In this document: positions 26,425-38,460 of the stretch, piece after piece | Position numbering within the stretch: the first letter of the stretch is position 1 | Layout of the letters: the number at the start of each line of letters is the position of its first letter | NCBI RefSeq assembly: GCF_001194135.2 | Contig: NC_069003.1 | Coordinates: 28,759,498-28,823,497 of the forward strand | DNA: 64,000 bases | Reading direction: 5' to 3' | DNA from: Octopus bimaculoides | Taxonomy: Eukaryota | Notes under the pieces: model-generated | Database searches by the model: none | Told to the model about the DNA's origin: nothing | Seen by the model: the letters and a program-made list of their open reading frames with translations, nothing else | Translations under genes and position numbers: made by a program

Positions 26425-26884
26425 GTATGTAACAGAGACATTAAGTATGTTTTGGGAAGTTTATGGCGACGAAGTAATGGATCGTACGCAATGTTTCGGG
26501 AAGCATGGGCGCTTCAAAAGCAGAAGAACATACGTCCCTTAAAGACTATGAGCTATCTGCAAGACCTGCCATGAGCGTCCACCCCTGGAAATGTGGAGAA
26601 AATTCATCGATTTGTGCATTCGGTGAGAGCGAACATATCTTTGGTGCGCGAATAATTAGATTCTTCACGACCACCGTGCACTCTATCACCGAGCTATCCT
26701 CACTTGTGAGTTTCTCGCTAACTGCAACATGTTATTACTTGCGCAACCGCTCTATTCACCAGATTTAGTACCTGCAGTCTTCTGTCTCTTTCCCAAGATG
26801 AAAATGCAGCTCAAATGTCGCTGTTATAAACACCGTTGTCAAGATCCAGAGCGTATCGCAGAAGGTCCCCGACTCGCTTACGGA
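26425..26884 (+). mobile_element. Mariner remnant, copy 2 of the 310-1178 family (5' and catalytic part)
   Basis: MFWEVYGDEVMDRTQCFGKHGRFKSRRT..SLKDYELSARP..GNVEKIHRFVH, deletion, ..RAILTCEFLANCNMLLLAQPLYSPDLVPAVFCLFPKMKMQLK..RIAEGPRL. Confidence 0.9.
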
Positions 26885-27143
26885 GTGAGAAGAATGTAAA
26901 GAGAAATATAATAGACTCAGTGATGATACAGAAAACGTAGCACATGTTTTTAGGAAGACTAATGGAGTATGGAAAGGCAAAGAGAAATTTAGAATTCGGA
27001 ATGAGAGAAAGAAAGACTGAACGGAGCATGGGTAAAGAATATGGGAGCCATATATAGTTGTGAAAGGCAAAGTAAAATGAGGGAGGTGTACATTGATAGA
27101 GACAGTACAGAAGGTAAATCTTTGGGGTGGTAGAATGGGGAAT

Positions 27144-27313
27144 TACGAGGTGATATCAAGTAGTTCCCGGATTAGTTATGTTTAATAATGAATTATTATT
27201 TACCTAAGCTTTAACCATCATCGCCTTTGAAATAATCACTTTACAGCAATATGGTGGTCCCAACCGTCGTCACACTTTTGGAATCCTTCCTGGAAGTCGC
27301 TTTCCGTAAGCGA
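27144..27313 (-). mobile_element. 3' end and TIR of mariner copy 2, inverted relative to its body
   Basis: Minus translation SDFQEGFQKCDDGWDHHIAVK..DYFKGD; terminus TA-CGAGGTGATATCAAGTAGTTCCCGGATTAG; aligns with 320-480 of copy 1. Confidence 0.85.
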
Positions 27314-27350
27314 TATGGTGGAAAACACAAACACACACAGACACACACAT

Positions 27351-27437
<87 letters not shown>

Positions 27438-28847
27438 TCGCTTCGGCACTGCAATACAAATAGCTTATATTTCTAAACGAAAGGATAGTCGAAAACAGGG
27501 CGATAATAAGAAGAGAGAGCAAAGGAACAAAGGAATAAGTTATAAATGTCATTAGCTTGCAGCTGCTTCCACTACAGGATGCGATGGATTCATAGTTGAG
27601 TGCCTGATTAAGAGCTAACGGTATCAAGAAACTCTCAAATATGAAGTGCAATTTATTTGGGAAAAACAAATACATTTAGCCATAGATACAGGAAAACAGA
27701 GATGCGGAGGATGGAATCCAAGGGCTCCTAGCACAGTCAGAATTCGATTAATTCTAAGATGTAAATAATAATGGGTATAGACAAATGCAAAGAACGATTA
27801 AATATATCAGTAAGAACTCACAGACGCACATACACACAGATATCGAAAACGATTAATTTCTCTCATTAAAATCAGCCAGAGAAAGAAAATGGAAGGCAGC
27901 CATATAAAACGTTATTCTATAAATGTATTCCCCGACCTTTTAATATTCATTCATATTCGATCGCTTGCGAAAACAGGAAAAATGTTAATAATAATGATAA
28001 AAAGATAGGAAAATCAATCCCGTTATTATTATCAATTTCCCCCGTTTTCTTTATTGTTTTTCTTTAAATATACGTTTAGAGCATTTAACATAAACCTTCT
28101 AATTGAAGTTCTATTACAAGAATAAAATTAAACGGTTTACATCTTGAAAATACAAAGCTATGCACATTCAGGGTAAAAATGTTCAATATTAACGACATTT
28201 TCATTCGTGTGTAAAATAATAGTCTTAAGCAATTGACATAATGGTTAAAAAGAACATTAATTCATATTACCAGTCAAACAAACATAATTGGCAATAATAA
28301 TTGCCTTGTTTGGAAATTAATTAGTTTACAGTAAGATTTAAACTATGAGTCTCAGTCACTTTCCCTCTCCCCGTTCCTCTGCTTCTCAGTTACACTACCA
28401 TTTACATACAGGTGCACACTATGTGAACTTGTACGTATGTATATGAGCGTGTGTATGTGTGCAGGTATGTATTAATATACACACACATATGTACATATAT
28501 ATATAAACACACACTCTCACATATGCACACACGCATATGTGTATATAAATATATNNNNNNNNNNNNNNNNNNNNNNNNNNNNNNNNNNNNNNNNNNNNNN
28601 NNNNNNNNNNNNNNNNNNNNNNNNNNATATATATATATATATATAGATTCACATATATATATAAACACACACTCTCACATATGCACACACGCATATGTGT
28701 ATATAAATATATAAATATATGTATAACTACACATACATGCCTATTTTTTTCCTGTATGTAAATAAGTAGACATAAGTATCTAGTGGTGTTTGCCGATAGC
28801 GACATATAACTATTGTTACGAACTCCATGTGTTGTCTTCTGTTTCAG

Positions 28848-28860
28848 ACAATGGATACGT
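28848..28860 (+). CDS. Candidate 13-nt microexon (-YNGY-V)
   Basis: Strong acceptor GTGTTGTCTTCTGTTTCAG| and donor CGT|GTAAGG. Confidence 0.35.
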
Positions 28861-30189
28861 GTAAGGAGCGAATATGTTAATGTTATATGCTTAGTTCTAA
28901 AGTTCCGTTCTGATATTTATTTTGAACACAGAGTGCAAACATAAGACACATGCGGAGGAAAACTTTACTGTTTGTCAAGACATCTGACTGATATATATGA
29001 AAATAACATTTTTGTATACGTGTGTATATATGCAGACTTTCGTATTTGTATGTGCAGATGTGCATATATATTTCCCTCTCTCCTCTCGATTTTCTGCATA
29101 TGAAATACTGTGTATTTTATGCGATATGAAGCATTTGATAAGATAGTACTTCTCATCCAAGAAATCCTGTTGGTCCCGAAGGAACGCCTTTCAAAATATG
29201 CTTAAATAGGTTTGACAGAAAGCTACAATGAACAACAGGGATCAAGTTGAAGCATTAACATGTGACCATGTGTCTTACACATCGTATGCAAATACTGCAG
29301 TAAGACCTATACAACTATCTTTAGATTAATGTAGAAAGAAACAAAGTAAAAATTGTTGAATTATTAAGAAATGGATGTGCAGCCAAAAATTAGACATTTC
29401 CGAAGCTGCAATATTTTGTCATTGATAATGCTTTTTTAACATAATGTCTTATAATTCTAATAATAATAAATGGGTATATTTCACACATCACAATATCTAT
29501 ATTTAATCAATTAAAAAAGCTACTATAATTTTATTTCCTTTTCTGTTATTTTGTCTTTCATACAATATGATTCTGGCTATAATAACTTTCTTTTATATTG
29601 TAATCTTATAAAATATTCTAATTCAGAAGATATGAAATATAATTTACGCCAACCTTATTGTTGAGTGGAAACAATCTTTACAATCTTTTGTTTCTTTCTT
29701 AAGTTCGTTTCTTTTTTCAAACTATTATTCATCTCATTTCATCAAATGCGTGAAAAGTTCATTAATAACTTTTCTTGAGGTGAAACACGTTAACGGAAAT
29801 TTGAGATGGAATTGCGTAAGAAGTGAGATAATATGAATAAAAGTTGTTTAATATAAAGATAGGGTTTATGAATAAAATTCTGTCAGACATTATTATTTTG
29901 AAAACATTCAACGAATACATGAGAATTTTTACACAAATGTTATTGTTGTATCTTTAAACTTAAAGAATAATTCCATATTTCACCATCCATTTAAAACATA
30001 TTTATGGGAACGGAATAAATTGTGAATACATAGACGCAAGACATATATACAAATATCTGTATATGCGTATGTGTGTGTTATACATGCATATACACTTATA
30101 TATGAAAGGATGAATGGGTGTCTGTAGGCGATTGTGTGTGGGCATGTACGGTGGCTGCAACTCATTGTTTCGTTGTTTTCTGAAAACAG

Positions 30190-30245
30190 CACGAGTTTGG
30201 CTTTTTCATTGAATGTTTCGACTCCTTCGGCTTCGACTAGCCGTA
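30190..30245 (+). CDS. Candidate 56-nt exon (TSLAFSLNVSTPSASTSR)
   Basis: Acceptor TTGTTTCGTTGTTTTCTGAAAACAG| and donor GTA|GTAAGC; single open frame, Ser/Thr-rich. Confidence 0.35.
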
Positions 30246-30973
30246 GTAAGCTACACTACACTAGACGATTTGGCAAATATGTGCTATACACCTTTCTGAT
30301 CTGACCCAAATTAACTTTCGCATGTGATCCAACTTAACTTAGTCCAGAAGAGATTGTCTTCATTTTAATAGTTCACCACCAATTGGCGCACCTCCAAGCG
30401 GCATTTCATCCGTCTTTTCAAATATAGAGTAGCTGCAGGCTATATATATATATATAAGTGCGTGTGTGTCTGTGTGTGTATACATGTCTGTCTGTTTCTT
30501 AATGACCCATCAGCTTCTGATGGCATCTGTTAAGATAGAAAGGGCGGCCAAATCTTCGTGAAATCTCACATGTGTCATCTAAGGAAAGGATACACTAAAA
30601 CAATTTATCTTAGTTACCTTTAATCATGCAGCATTTTCTAAATAGCATTGCCTTGATTGCAGCTCTGCTCCATTAGGATTGATATTGTCTGAAACCTAAC
30701 TAACAACAACCCATCATTTGGCGAAATCGATCTGGGTAGATAACTATTTACCTGATCACTAAGCATGTTAGAAAGAGTAGTCCGATTCCCCGAACGCAAA
30801 TGACACTTTCACGTCCTAAATGCGAAATGGTCTATTTGGATAATCTAGTTTTCGATATACTTCTAAAACGTTGGGCAGCAATGGAGAGGCAAAGCTTCCG
30901 TCTGGTTAAAGAGTATCACCTACCAGAATCAATACCAACAAAGTGATCAAGAATTTGCTATCATGAATACATT

Positions 30974-31142
30974 AGTTTCAAATTTTGACACAAGGTCAGC
31001 AACTTCGAGGAAGTGGTTAAGTCATTTATATTGACCCCAGTGCTCAACTGTTACTTATTGTATCCACGCCGAAAGGATGAAAGGCAAAGTCGACATCAGC
31101 GGAATTTGAACTCAGTAGCGATTATGCCAGCACACCGCCCCA
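30974..31142 (-). mobile_element. SINE-C (CAAAATTTGAAAC-tail subtype)
   Basis: GTTTCAAATTTTGACACAAGG..TTGACCCCAG..GAAAGGATGAAAGGCAAAGTCGAC..GGAATTTGAACTCAG..TGCCAGCACACCGCC. Confidence 0.85.
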
Positions 31143-31191
31143 AAAGGCATCTTGAATATGTCGCCAGTTACATATTGAAAAACTACATTAC

Positions 31192-31316
<125 letters not shown>

Positions 31317-32639
31317 ACTTACACAAACATACACACACATGCACACACGCACACACACGCATACATTGTTTTCTCTAACACCTGCGTTTTATGATATTTT
31401 ATTATTAATTCATTATTAATATTGTTCACCTTCTTGATACTGTAATTTAGTCTTCAATGTTTCTGACAACGAACGATCCACCATAATAACCATTCCATAA
31501 CTCTTCCACTTCTGAAATTCACTTTACCTTTCTGTTTTTCTCACTTAGTTATTCTATTAATGTTATTGACCTCACATTTCCTTTCACCTCCCATTCAAAA
31601 ATGATTACCCTTGTTTTTCTTGTTGTAACGCATTATTATACATCACTGATATAATGTTTTAAAATACATATTTGTGGAAGTCATATAGACAACAGAGTGT
31701 GTTATAAAGAAACTTAATTTTTTTTTGTGTAAAACGTATGTCGGAAAAAAAAGATGAGGAAACGGCTGTATATTATGTTTCGGCACATTTACACATCTTT
31801 GACTGTAGCAGCAGACGATTTTTAACTATCCATGAGCACATTGTGGTGTAAATTACACAAAAATGACAATAACACTCACATCTCATTTTAACATATATTT
31901 ACGAAAATTACATAAAAAATATCTTGAAATACTAAAGAGTAAATGTATTCAATAAAATCGCCATTTGCTTCAATGCTGCCAATTTGCAAAAAGCTGTCAT
32001 GGAAAAATAAGAGGAGCCCAACAGGAATGAAAATAAAATTATAAACCAAATTCAAAATTTAGATACCTTTAACACATATTAAACATGATAAACACAAATA
32101 AAAGTGAGTTTTAAAAATGCATCCGATTTCACTCAAATCATCATTAATTCTAGGACACCTTGTATTTACACGTCTGATTAAAGAGGGGACGAAACATGGG
32201 GACGGACTAATTGCAGGTGGTGAGCATAGCTTCCGGAAGTGCTCACGCTTCCGGTCTGTTTTTTGTATGAACATTTTGCATTATATAGTTCAGATATGGA
32301 TGACGGAGAAAGCGGAAACGCTGCCGGGTCGTACTGCTTAACGCAGGATTGGTAACGTGAAACATCAACAGGGTACTTCTAGAGAATAGATGAATGGGTT
32401 TGTTGTGCCGTTACCTACCCGCACACACGCACATGGCCCAGTGGAGCGCGGGATGATAACATGAAGTATCAACAGGGTGCCGACAAAAATTTTAATGTTC
32501 TCATTTCCTCTGCCAAATTGGAGAAAAAAGTTTTCATGAAATATTATACGCCACTTATAATGCACAAGTAGTGTCAATATTTTATCTTCGGAAAATGGCC
32601 TAAAACAAAGATAAAACCCAGTGCAATATACTCAAATCT

Positions 32640-32951
32640 GATTAATCTGCATTTCTTTGAGGGGGTGGTCGGTGACATAGTCGATGTCGGAATTTTTTGT
32701 AGTCGACAGTAATTCGAGGAACCTAATTAATGTTTGTTGCAAATTTATAGGAAAGCGACTGGATACACTTCAAGTTACGGACCTTAACGCTGCGGAAATG
32801 CCTTTAAAATGCAGATTATCTGCTCCTGGGCCTGCATTATGCAAGAATTTGACAATTGCTTTGACCCATGACACTTCATGATCCCTGTGTAATGCATGTG
32901 TAAAATTTCATTAAAATCGGTTGGGTGGATCTCGAGTTTTAACGACAGGAT

Positions 32952-33004
<53 letters not shown>

Positions 33005-33005
33005 C
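32640..33005 (+). mobile_element. Probable non-autonomous Helitron/Helentron-type (HINE/DINE-like) element
   Basis: Two related subterminal blocks (TGCAAATTTATAGGAAAGCGACTGG..CAAGTTA and TGTAAAATTTCATTAAAATCGGTTGGGTGGATCTCGAGTTTTA), then (CA)n(TA)n. Architecture recalled for HINE/Lep1-like elements. Confidence 0.45.
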
Positions 33006-33569
33006 TCATAATTTGCAAATAACAGAAGTGAAAGTAAACTGTATGGCGAATTTACATATTTGACACTTTCGAAACACCAGGATTAATAAAGTGTGTTGGT
33101 TCGTTTGCTCAGTGTACTATGCAACTTATTACAATTTTGGTTACAAGACAAAAAAATCAAAAACAAAAACAAACAAAAACAAGAAACAAAACTAAACAAG
33201 CAATAGCTATGTTCTGTAGTGCAACTGAACAAAACACTTTTAACTCTATAATTTAATGGTCAAGCAAATTTCTATGTAGGTGATAAACCTATAAATTATG
33301 CTATAAAGTTTACTTTGATTTTGATATCATTTGTTCTTATAAGTAACGTGTTTGAAACTAAGTGATGTTACTATGCAGTTTCTGACGAACACTGGGAAAT
33401 TAGTTGAAACGTATGCAGTCATCCTAACACATAGTATTGGTTGAAATCTTAAAACAATCCTCTATATTCGCATGGGATGTGTGTGTGTGTGTGTGTGTGT
33501 GTATTTATACATATGTTCGTACAACATATATTTGTCTGTGTGTGAGTGTAGACAACAGTGTGTTGTACG

Positions 33570-33672
<103 letters not shown>

Positions 33673-34225
33673 GTGTGGGTTGATTTCTACAAATGACGAA
33701 TGATTGTTGATCCAAATACACACCAATTATTTCAATTTCAAAAGAATTAGCTTTTGATTTTTGAAGGAATAAATTAGAGATGAAACGATACAGTAACTCC
33801 TATAAATATTGAAGTGATTTCTCAGAATTAGACGCGCATTTCACTGAATTCCAGCCACTAACCCAACATACACTGAAACAACTGAACAATATTTTCTTCC
33901 ACTGTCTTTTGATAGTTTTCATTGAAGTGTAATCAAAGGAATTCAATATAAAATCTGCTGTTTACAGGATATATCAATAGTTCTTTTGATCCGCCTAACT
34001 ACATTCAATGATAGTTTGTGTTTTTTTATTGCTAGGAGGGCTTTAGTCGAATGCATCGCTTACATTATTTGATTGGGTACTTTATTTTATAAGCATTGAA
34101 ATGGGAAAAAGCTGAGCTAGCCTCAACGATGTTTGAACATGAGTATGATAATTGTTGGAAAAAAAGTAGAGCAAAATTCTGTATCCAGACTTTCTAAACT
34201 TTCTGCCCTAGCATTTCCCTACTTC

Positions 34226-34400
34226 ATTATGGTTTCAAATTTTGACAAAAGCCTATAAATTTCGGGTTGGAGTTAAGTCAATTCCATGGACCGCAGTTCC
34301 TCACTAGTTCTTAACTTATTGACCCTGGAGGAATGAAAGTCAAAGTCATTTTCGGTGGAGTTTGAACTCAGAACTTAAAGACGGCTGAAATGTCGATAAT
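34226..34400 (-). mobile_element. SINE-C
   Basis: GGTTTCAAATTTTGACAAAAGCC..TTGACCCTGGAGGAATGAAAGTCAAAGTC..GGAGTTTGAACTCAGAACTTAAAGACGG. Confidence 0.8.
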
Positions 34401-34429
34401 TCTATAAGTGTATGAATGTTAACATAATA

Positions 34430-34635
34430 TTGATTTCTAGTTTAGATATAATGCTACGTAGTTAGTAGGAGGTATCAGACTAATATATCGACCGCACTAC
34501 TTGACTTATACTCTGAATCTTGAGATGACAACAGACAGATATTATTTTGGAACAATTTGAACCTAAAACAACGTAAACAAACACCACAATATTCTTTGTA
34601 AAATGTTCGACCGATTCTGCAACTCCATCACCCAA
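34430..34635 (-). mobile_element. SINE-C, highly decayed
   Basis: TATATCGACCGCAC..AATTTGAACCTAAAAC..GATTCTGCAACTCCATCACCC; colinear with SINE-C at low identity. Confidence 0.5.
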
Positions 34636-35426
34636 ATGACTAATATATTACTAAATATTTTTATTGCTGCCAGAAGAAGTAAATACTTATTGCATATTCT
34701 GAGCTAAGATATGTTTAGTAAATAATATATTAGGCTATTTAAAGAGCAGTTTAGGACTGAAAGTAGAAAACATAAAAAGAAACAACTGCAACGTTGTGCA
34801 AAGTCAGAGAAAGGTCGAAATTATAAACACGAGGAATACTCATATATCTTCCCAGCTATAAATCAACTGTAAACGTTTCGTGATATTTGATAAACCATAT
34901 AAAGATATTGGGTTTATTAAATGATGGAGTGCATACAAAAACTGTATTAAATCGATATTCAGTTCCAGACACCAATATTATGCATTTTGAATTAGAAATA
35001 ATAGACCATAAAAGGACGAAAAAAGTTGTAGTTTGGAAATAATGGACGTAAAACGAATAGCAATGGTAATTGATAACTTGCGTAAAGATTCTTTACATCG
35101 AATATGTTCAATAAACGGGCCTGCGTGAGAGCTGTGCGTGCTTGGTTGCCCACTTAGAAATATTGGCCAATCTCCTAAAATCGTACCCTAATATCTTAAA
35201 AGAAAAACAGCCACATTGGCTAATGACGTATTATATGCTCTATATTTGAAAATCAGCAAAAAGAGAAAAAGGCTAGTATGGTATCAGTTGGCTTGCTTTT
35301 GATCAGTACTGCACTGCGCATCAAAAAGATTGTTCATAAGAACAGTGTAGTTCGCTTGAAGCATTGTAAGTACGAAAGTAGAAACAGAAAACGAAGATAA
35401 AGAAAGCTTCTGACAATGCAAAACGT

Positions 35427-35573
35427 TTTACAACCTTTATATTTCAGGGAAGAAAGATCTCCCTTCAGAAGTAAGCAGTCCAAAAGAGGAAAAAGAATTA
35501 TCGTTAATTTTTTTCTTGGACTGTTTCCTTCTGAAGATAGGATTTTCGGTTGAAATGTAAAGGTTTTTGTAAA
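35427..35573. repeat. About 147-nt imperfect palindrome; each arm carries a decayed hammerhead-like core (Penelope-like terminal repeat?)
   Basis: CTTCAGAAGTAAGCAGTCCAA pairs with TTGGACTGTTTCCTTCTGAAG. Outer arms share GAAATRTAAAGGTT..GTAAA. Cores CCTT-CTGAAGA-..-GAAATGTA-AAGG (+) and ACTT-CTGAAGG-..-GAAATATA-AAGG (-). Confidence 0.55.
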
Positions 35574-36118
35574 TCTTTCAACATTGTTTGAAGTTTTCTT
35601 TACTTTCCTTGTCTTTTTTCTACTAATGCATTGTGTGTGAGTGTCTGTGTGTNNNNNNNNNNNNNNNNNNNNNNNNNNNNNNNNNNNNNNNNNNNNNNNN
35701 NNNNNNNNNNNNNNNNNNNNNNNNNNNNNNNNNNNNNNNNNNNNNNNNNNNNNNNNNNNNNNNNNNNNNNNNNNNNNNNNNNNNNNNNNNNNNNNNNNNN
35801 NNNNNNNNNNNNNNNNNNNNNNNNNNNNNNNNNNNNNNNNNNNNNNNNNNNNNNNNNNNNNNNNNNNNNNNNNNNNNNNNNNNNNNNNNNNNNNNNNNNN
35901 NNNNNNNNNNNNNNNNNNNNNNNNNNNNNNNNNNNNNNNNNNNNNNNNNNNNNNNNNNNNNNNNNNNNNNNNNNNNNNNNNNNNNNNNNNNNNNNNNNNN
36001 NNNNNNNNNNNNNNNNNNNNNNNNNNNNNNNNNNNNNNNNNNNNNNNNNNNNNNNNNNNNNNNNNNNNNNNNNNNNNNNNNNNNNNNNNNNNNNNNNNNN
36101 NNNNNNNNNNNNNNNNNN

Positions 36119-36435
36119 ACGGAACAGCCTGCTCGTCAAATTAACGTGCAAGTGGCTGAGCACTCCACAGACACGTGTACCCTTAACGTAGTTCTCGGGG
36201 ATATTCAGCGTGACAAGGATGACCCTTTGAATTACATGTACAACAGAAACAGGAAGTAAGAGAAAGTTGTGGTGAAAGAGTACAGCAGGGCTCGCCACCA
36301 GTCCCTGCCGGAGCCTCGTGGAGCTTTCTGTGTTTTCGCTCAATAAACACTCACAACGCCCGGTTTGGGAATCGAAACCGTGATCCTATGACCGCGAGTC
36401 CGCTGCCCTAAGCACTGGGCCATTGCGCCCCCACA
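36119..36435 (-). mobile_element. SINE-B, near full length
   Basis: tRNA-like head GGCGCAATGGCCCAGTGCTTAGGGCAGCGGACTCGCGGTCATAGGATCACGGTTTCGATTCCC; body and tail match 10416-10550 and 24075-24274. Confidence 0.92.
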
Positions 36436-37375
36436 TAGCAACAGTACCGTACTAGTTATAAAAACAGTTAGTCGTCGTCTGTCTAGGTTGTTGAAATGTA
36501 TTACTTGTCTTTACTTTTACTGTTTACTTTACATATAATAATAGCAGTGCCATTTGACTTAGTTCAATTAAACTATAGTGGACCAAAGCAACAGCGGATT
36601 CAACAATAACAACTCAAGCAATAAAAGCAGCAACAGCAACTACAAAACTTAAATGTACGAATGTGCAGAAGATCTAAATCTGTCTTTGTAACTTATTAAT
36701 ACAAAGCTAAAAGAAAACTAAATTTGAAATTTCTCTTATTTTTGCTTTGATTTCAGTTCATCACACTCGAATACGTTCTGAGGCTGTAGTTCTTGTGGTA
36801 AACGTCGTTACTTCTAATTTTGGTGTTTTTGCAGCTTCAGCTTTTATTCTAGTTGTTGTTGCTGCTGTAGCCGTTGTCGATGTCTGTCTTTTGCTTTTGC
36901 CGATCTTGTTACTAACGCTGCTGCTGTCGTTCCTGCTGTTCTTGTTTCTGTTGCTACTGTTACAGTCGATTGGTGTAGCTGTTTCTGTAGCAGGGTGTAA
37001 ATTTTTATTTTTGATTTCTCAACACTTTCGTTATCGATGTTTAGCTTCATGTCAGCTCTGATCTTGTCACAGCATAATCAATGTCTTTACAGCCACCACC
37101 AATCTCCATATTTATACGTCAGCGACTATTTTGCTAATGTCTTCTTCCTTTCAATGGCAGCGAAGTGTGATTTGAGAGACAGTTTGCTTGCTAATCTTAG
37201 CAAATTAAGTTTCCACGTAAAGCTTGTCTCGTTGGTTCATAATCGAAATAATTAAATGACACGATGGGAGCTAATATAATTTGTTAATGAGGTTCGTAAA
37301 GTTAGTGGAATATTAGTTTTAATTCTGTGGGGTTTCCTATTGCTGGTCTTCTGCACAAGGGTATTCAGTTTGCAA

Positions 37376-37376
<1 letters not shown>

Positions 37377-37427
<51 letters not shown>
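37377..37427. repeat. (TAG)n trinucleotide microsatellite
   Basis: Read directly; source of the poly-Tyr ORF 37252-37557. Confidence 0.95.
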
Positions 37428-37428
<1 letters not shown>

Positions 37429-37462
37429 ATGATGAAGACGATGATGAGGTAATGATATTGAG

Positions 37463-37672
37463 ATCGGTGCACTTGGCACCATCTCAAATGGAGCAATATG
37501 CTGGCATCGAATATTGCAAATACCAAACATATCAGGAAATATTGAGTTGGCAGCCATACTTAGAACAGTTCATACGTTGTAGAAAGTGTTGCATCTCTAA
37601 GCTGTGGAGTGCAGCTGAGACGTAACATAGTAAATCAGGAAAAGTTAAGTGAATAAATAAATAAATAAATAT
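37463..37672 (+). mobile_element. R4/Dong-type (RLE) non-LTR retrotransposon 3' fragment
   Basis: IGALGTISNGAICWHRILQIP..LAAILRTVHTL*KVLHL* matches the IGALG....(Q)K..LLGT..ILRKVL C-terminus; short 3' UTR and (TAAA)n tail. Confidence 0.75.
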
Positions 37673-37679
37673 TAACATT

Positions 37680-38080
37680 GATGATTTGATTCAGATTCGT
37701 TCTTATTCCTGGTAGAATTTATGTGAGTAGCGGGTTATTAGTCGTAACCTTAGATATCCACAAGCTTTCAGTACTGTTTCAAGTGACTAAGACTCGCCTG
37801 ATAATCTTTCCTGTCAATAATAGACAAACTTACTGTAAGAGTTCTACAGGGGACATTCTATTCTAATCCCCTTCAACCATTTCTCAATAACTGTACTTAC
37901 AGTTCCCAATGCACCAATTACCACAGGCACAACATTCACAGTTTGCATACTCCAAATACTTGAAATTTCAAATTTTGAGGGATTATATATTTTTTACCGT
38001 TCATCCTCTTTCTTCTCAATCCCGGAATAAGACGGACATGATGGATCAATTAATAAGCAACGTCCCATTTCCTAGTCGAT
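37680..38080 (-). mobile_element. R4/Dong-type (RLE) non-LTR retrotransposon 3' fragment, opposite strand
   Basis: CLLIDPSCPSYSGIEKKEDER*KIYNPSKFEISSIWSMQTVNVVPVVIGALGTVSTVIEKWLKGIRIECP, frameshift, VELLQ*VCLLLTGKIIRRVL: restriction-like endonuclease domain (IID..CP..KE.EK..KY..V.PVVIGALG). Confidence 0.88.
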
Positions 38081-38094
38081 TATTATTGTTAATA

Positions 38095-38460
38095 TTATTA
38101 TTGGCTGCGAGAGCAGTGCATACCATCAAAGTGACACTGGGGTAAAATATACAAAGCCCAGTATACCCATCATGAGTACCTGTCTGATGAGGGTACACCA
38201 GGCACATGCATCACAACCGTATGTGGGCGACATTGACATCTCATATCAAGATAAACAGCGCATGAACTTGCAGGTGATGCCCAGTTAGAATTTTCTTCAG
38301 ACCGAGTAGCCCATCCCACTTAAAAGGTCCCTGTATAAGGGTTGCTTAAGGATGTTGAATGAAACGCCCATGTTTTTAGAGGTGAACTATTCACACCCCA
38401 AAGAATTCCTCTCGACACATGGTTATGATGCTACCCCACTATTTCTGCTCGTAATCAGAG
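38095..38460 (-). mobile_element. Unclassified interspersed repeat, probably a retroposon 3' end with (TAA)n tail
   Basis: GC-richer block with sharp edges, ending on the minus strand in CTGCTCTCGCAGCCAATAATAAT. Single copy in the window, so repeat status rests on my recollection of similar octopus sequence. Confidence 0.4.

Noticed and set aside
28480-28715. Identical about 60-bp block on both sides of an N gap
   Set aside because: Most likely unmerged contig overlap in low-complexity sequence, not a real duplication.
36747-37061. Hydrophobic 104-aa ORF
   Set aside because: Derived from degenerate (GTT/GCT)n low-complexity repeats.
38180-38215. CTGATGAG motif
   Set aside because: No downstream GAAA or closing stem; not a hammerhead.
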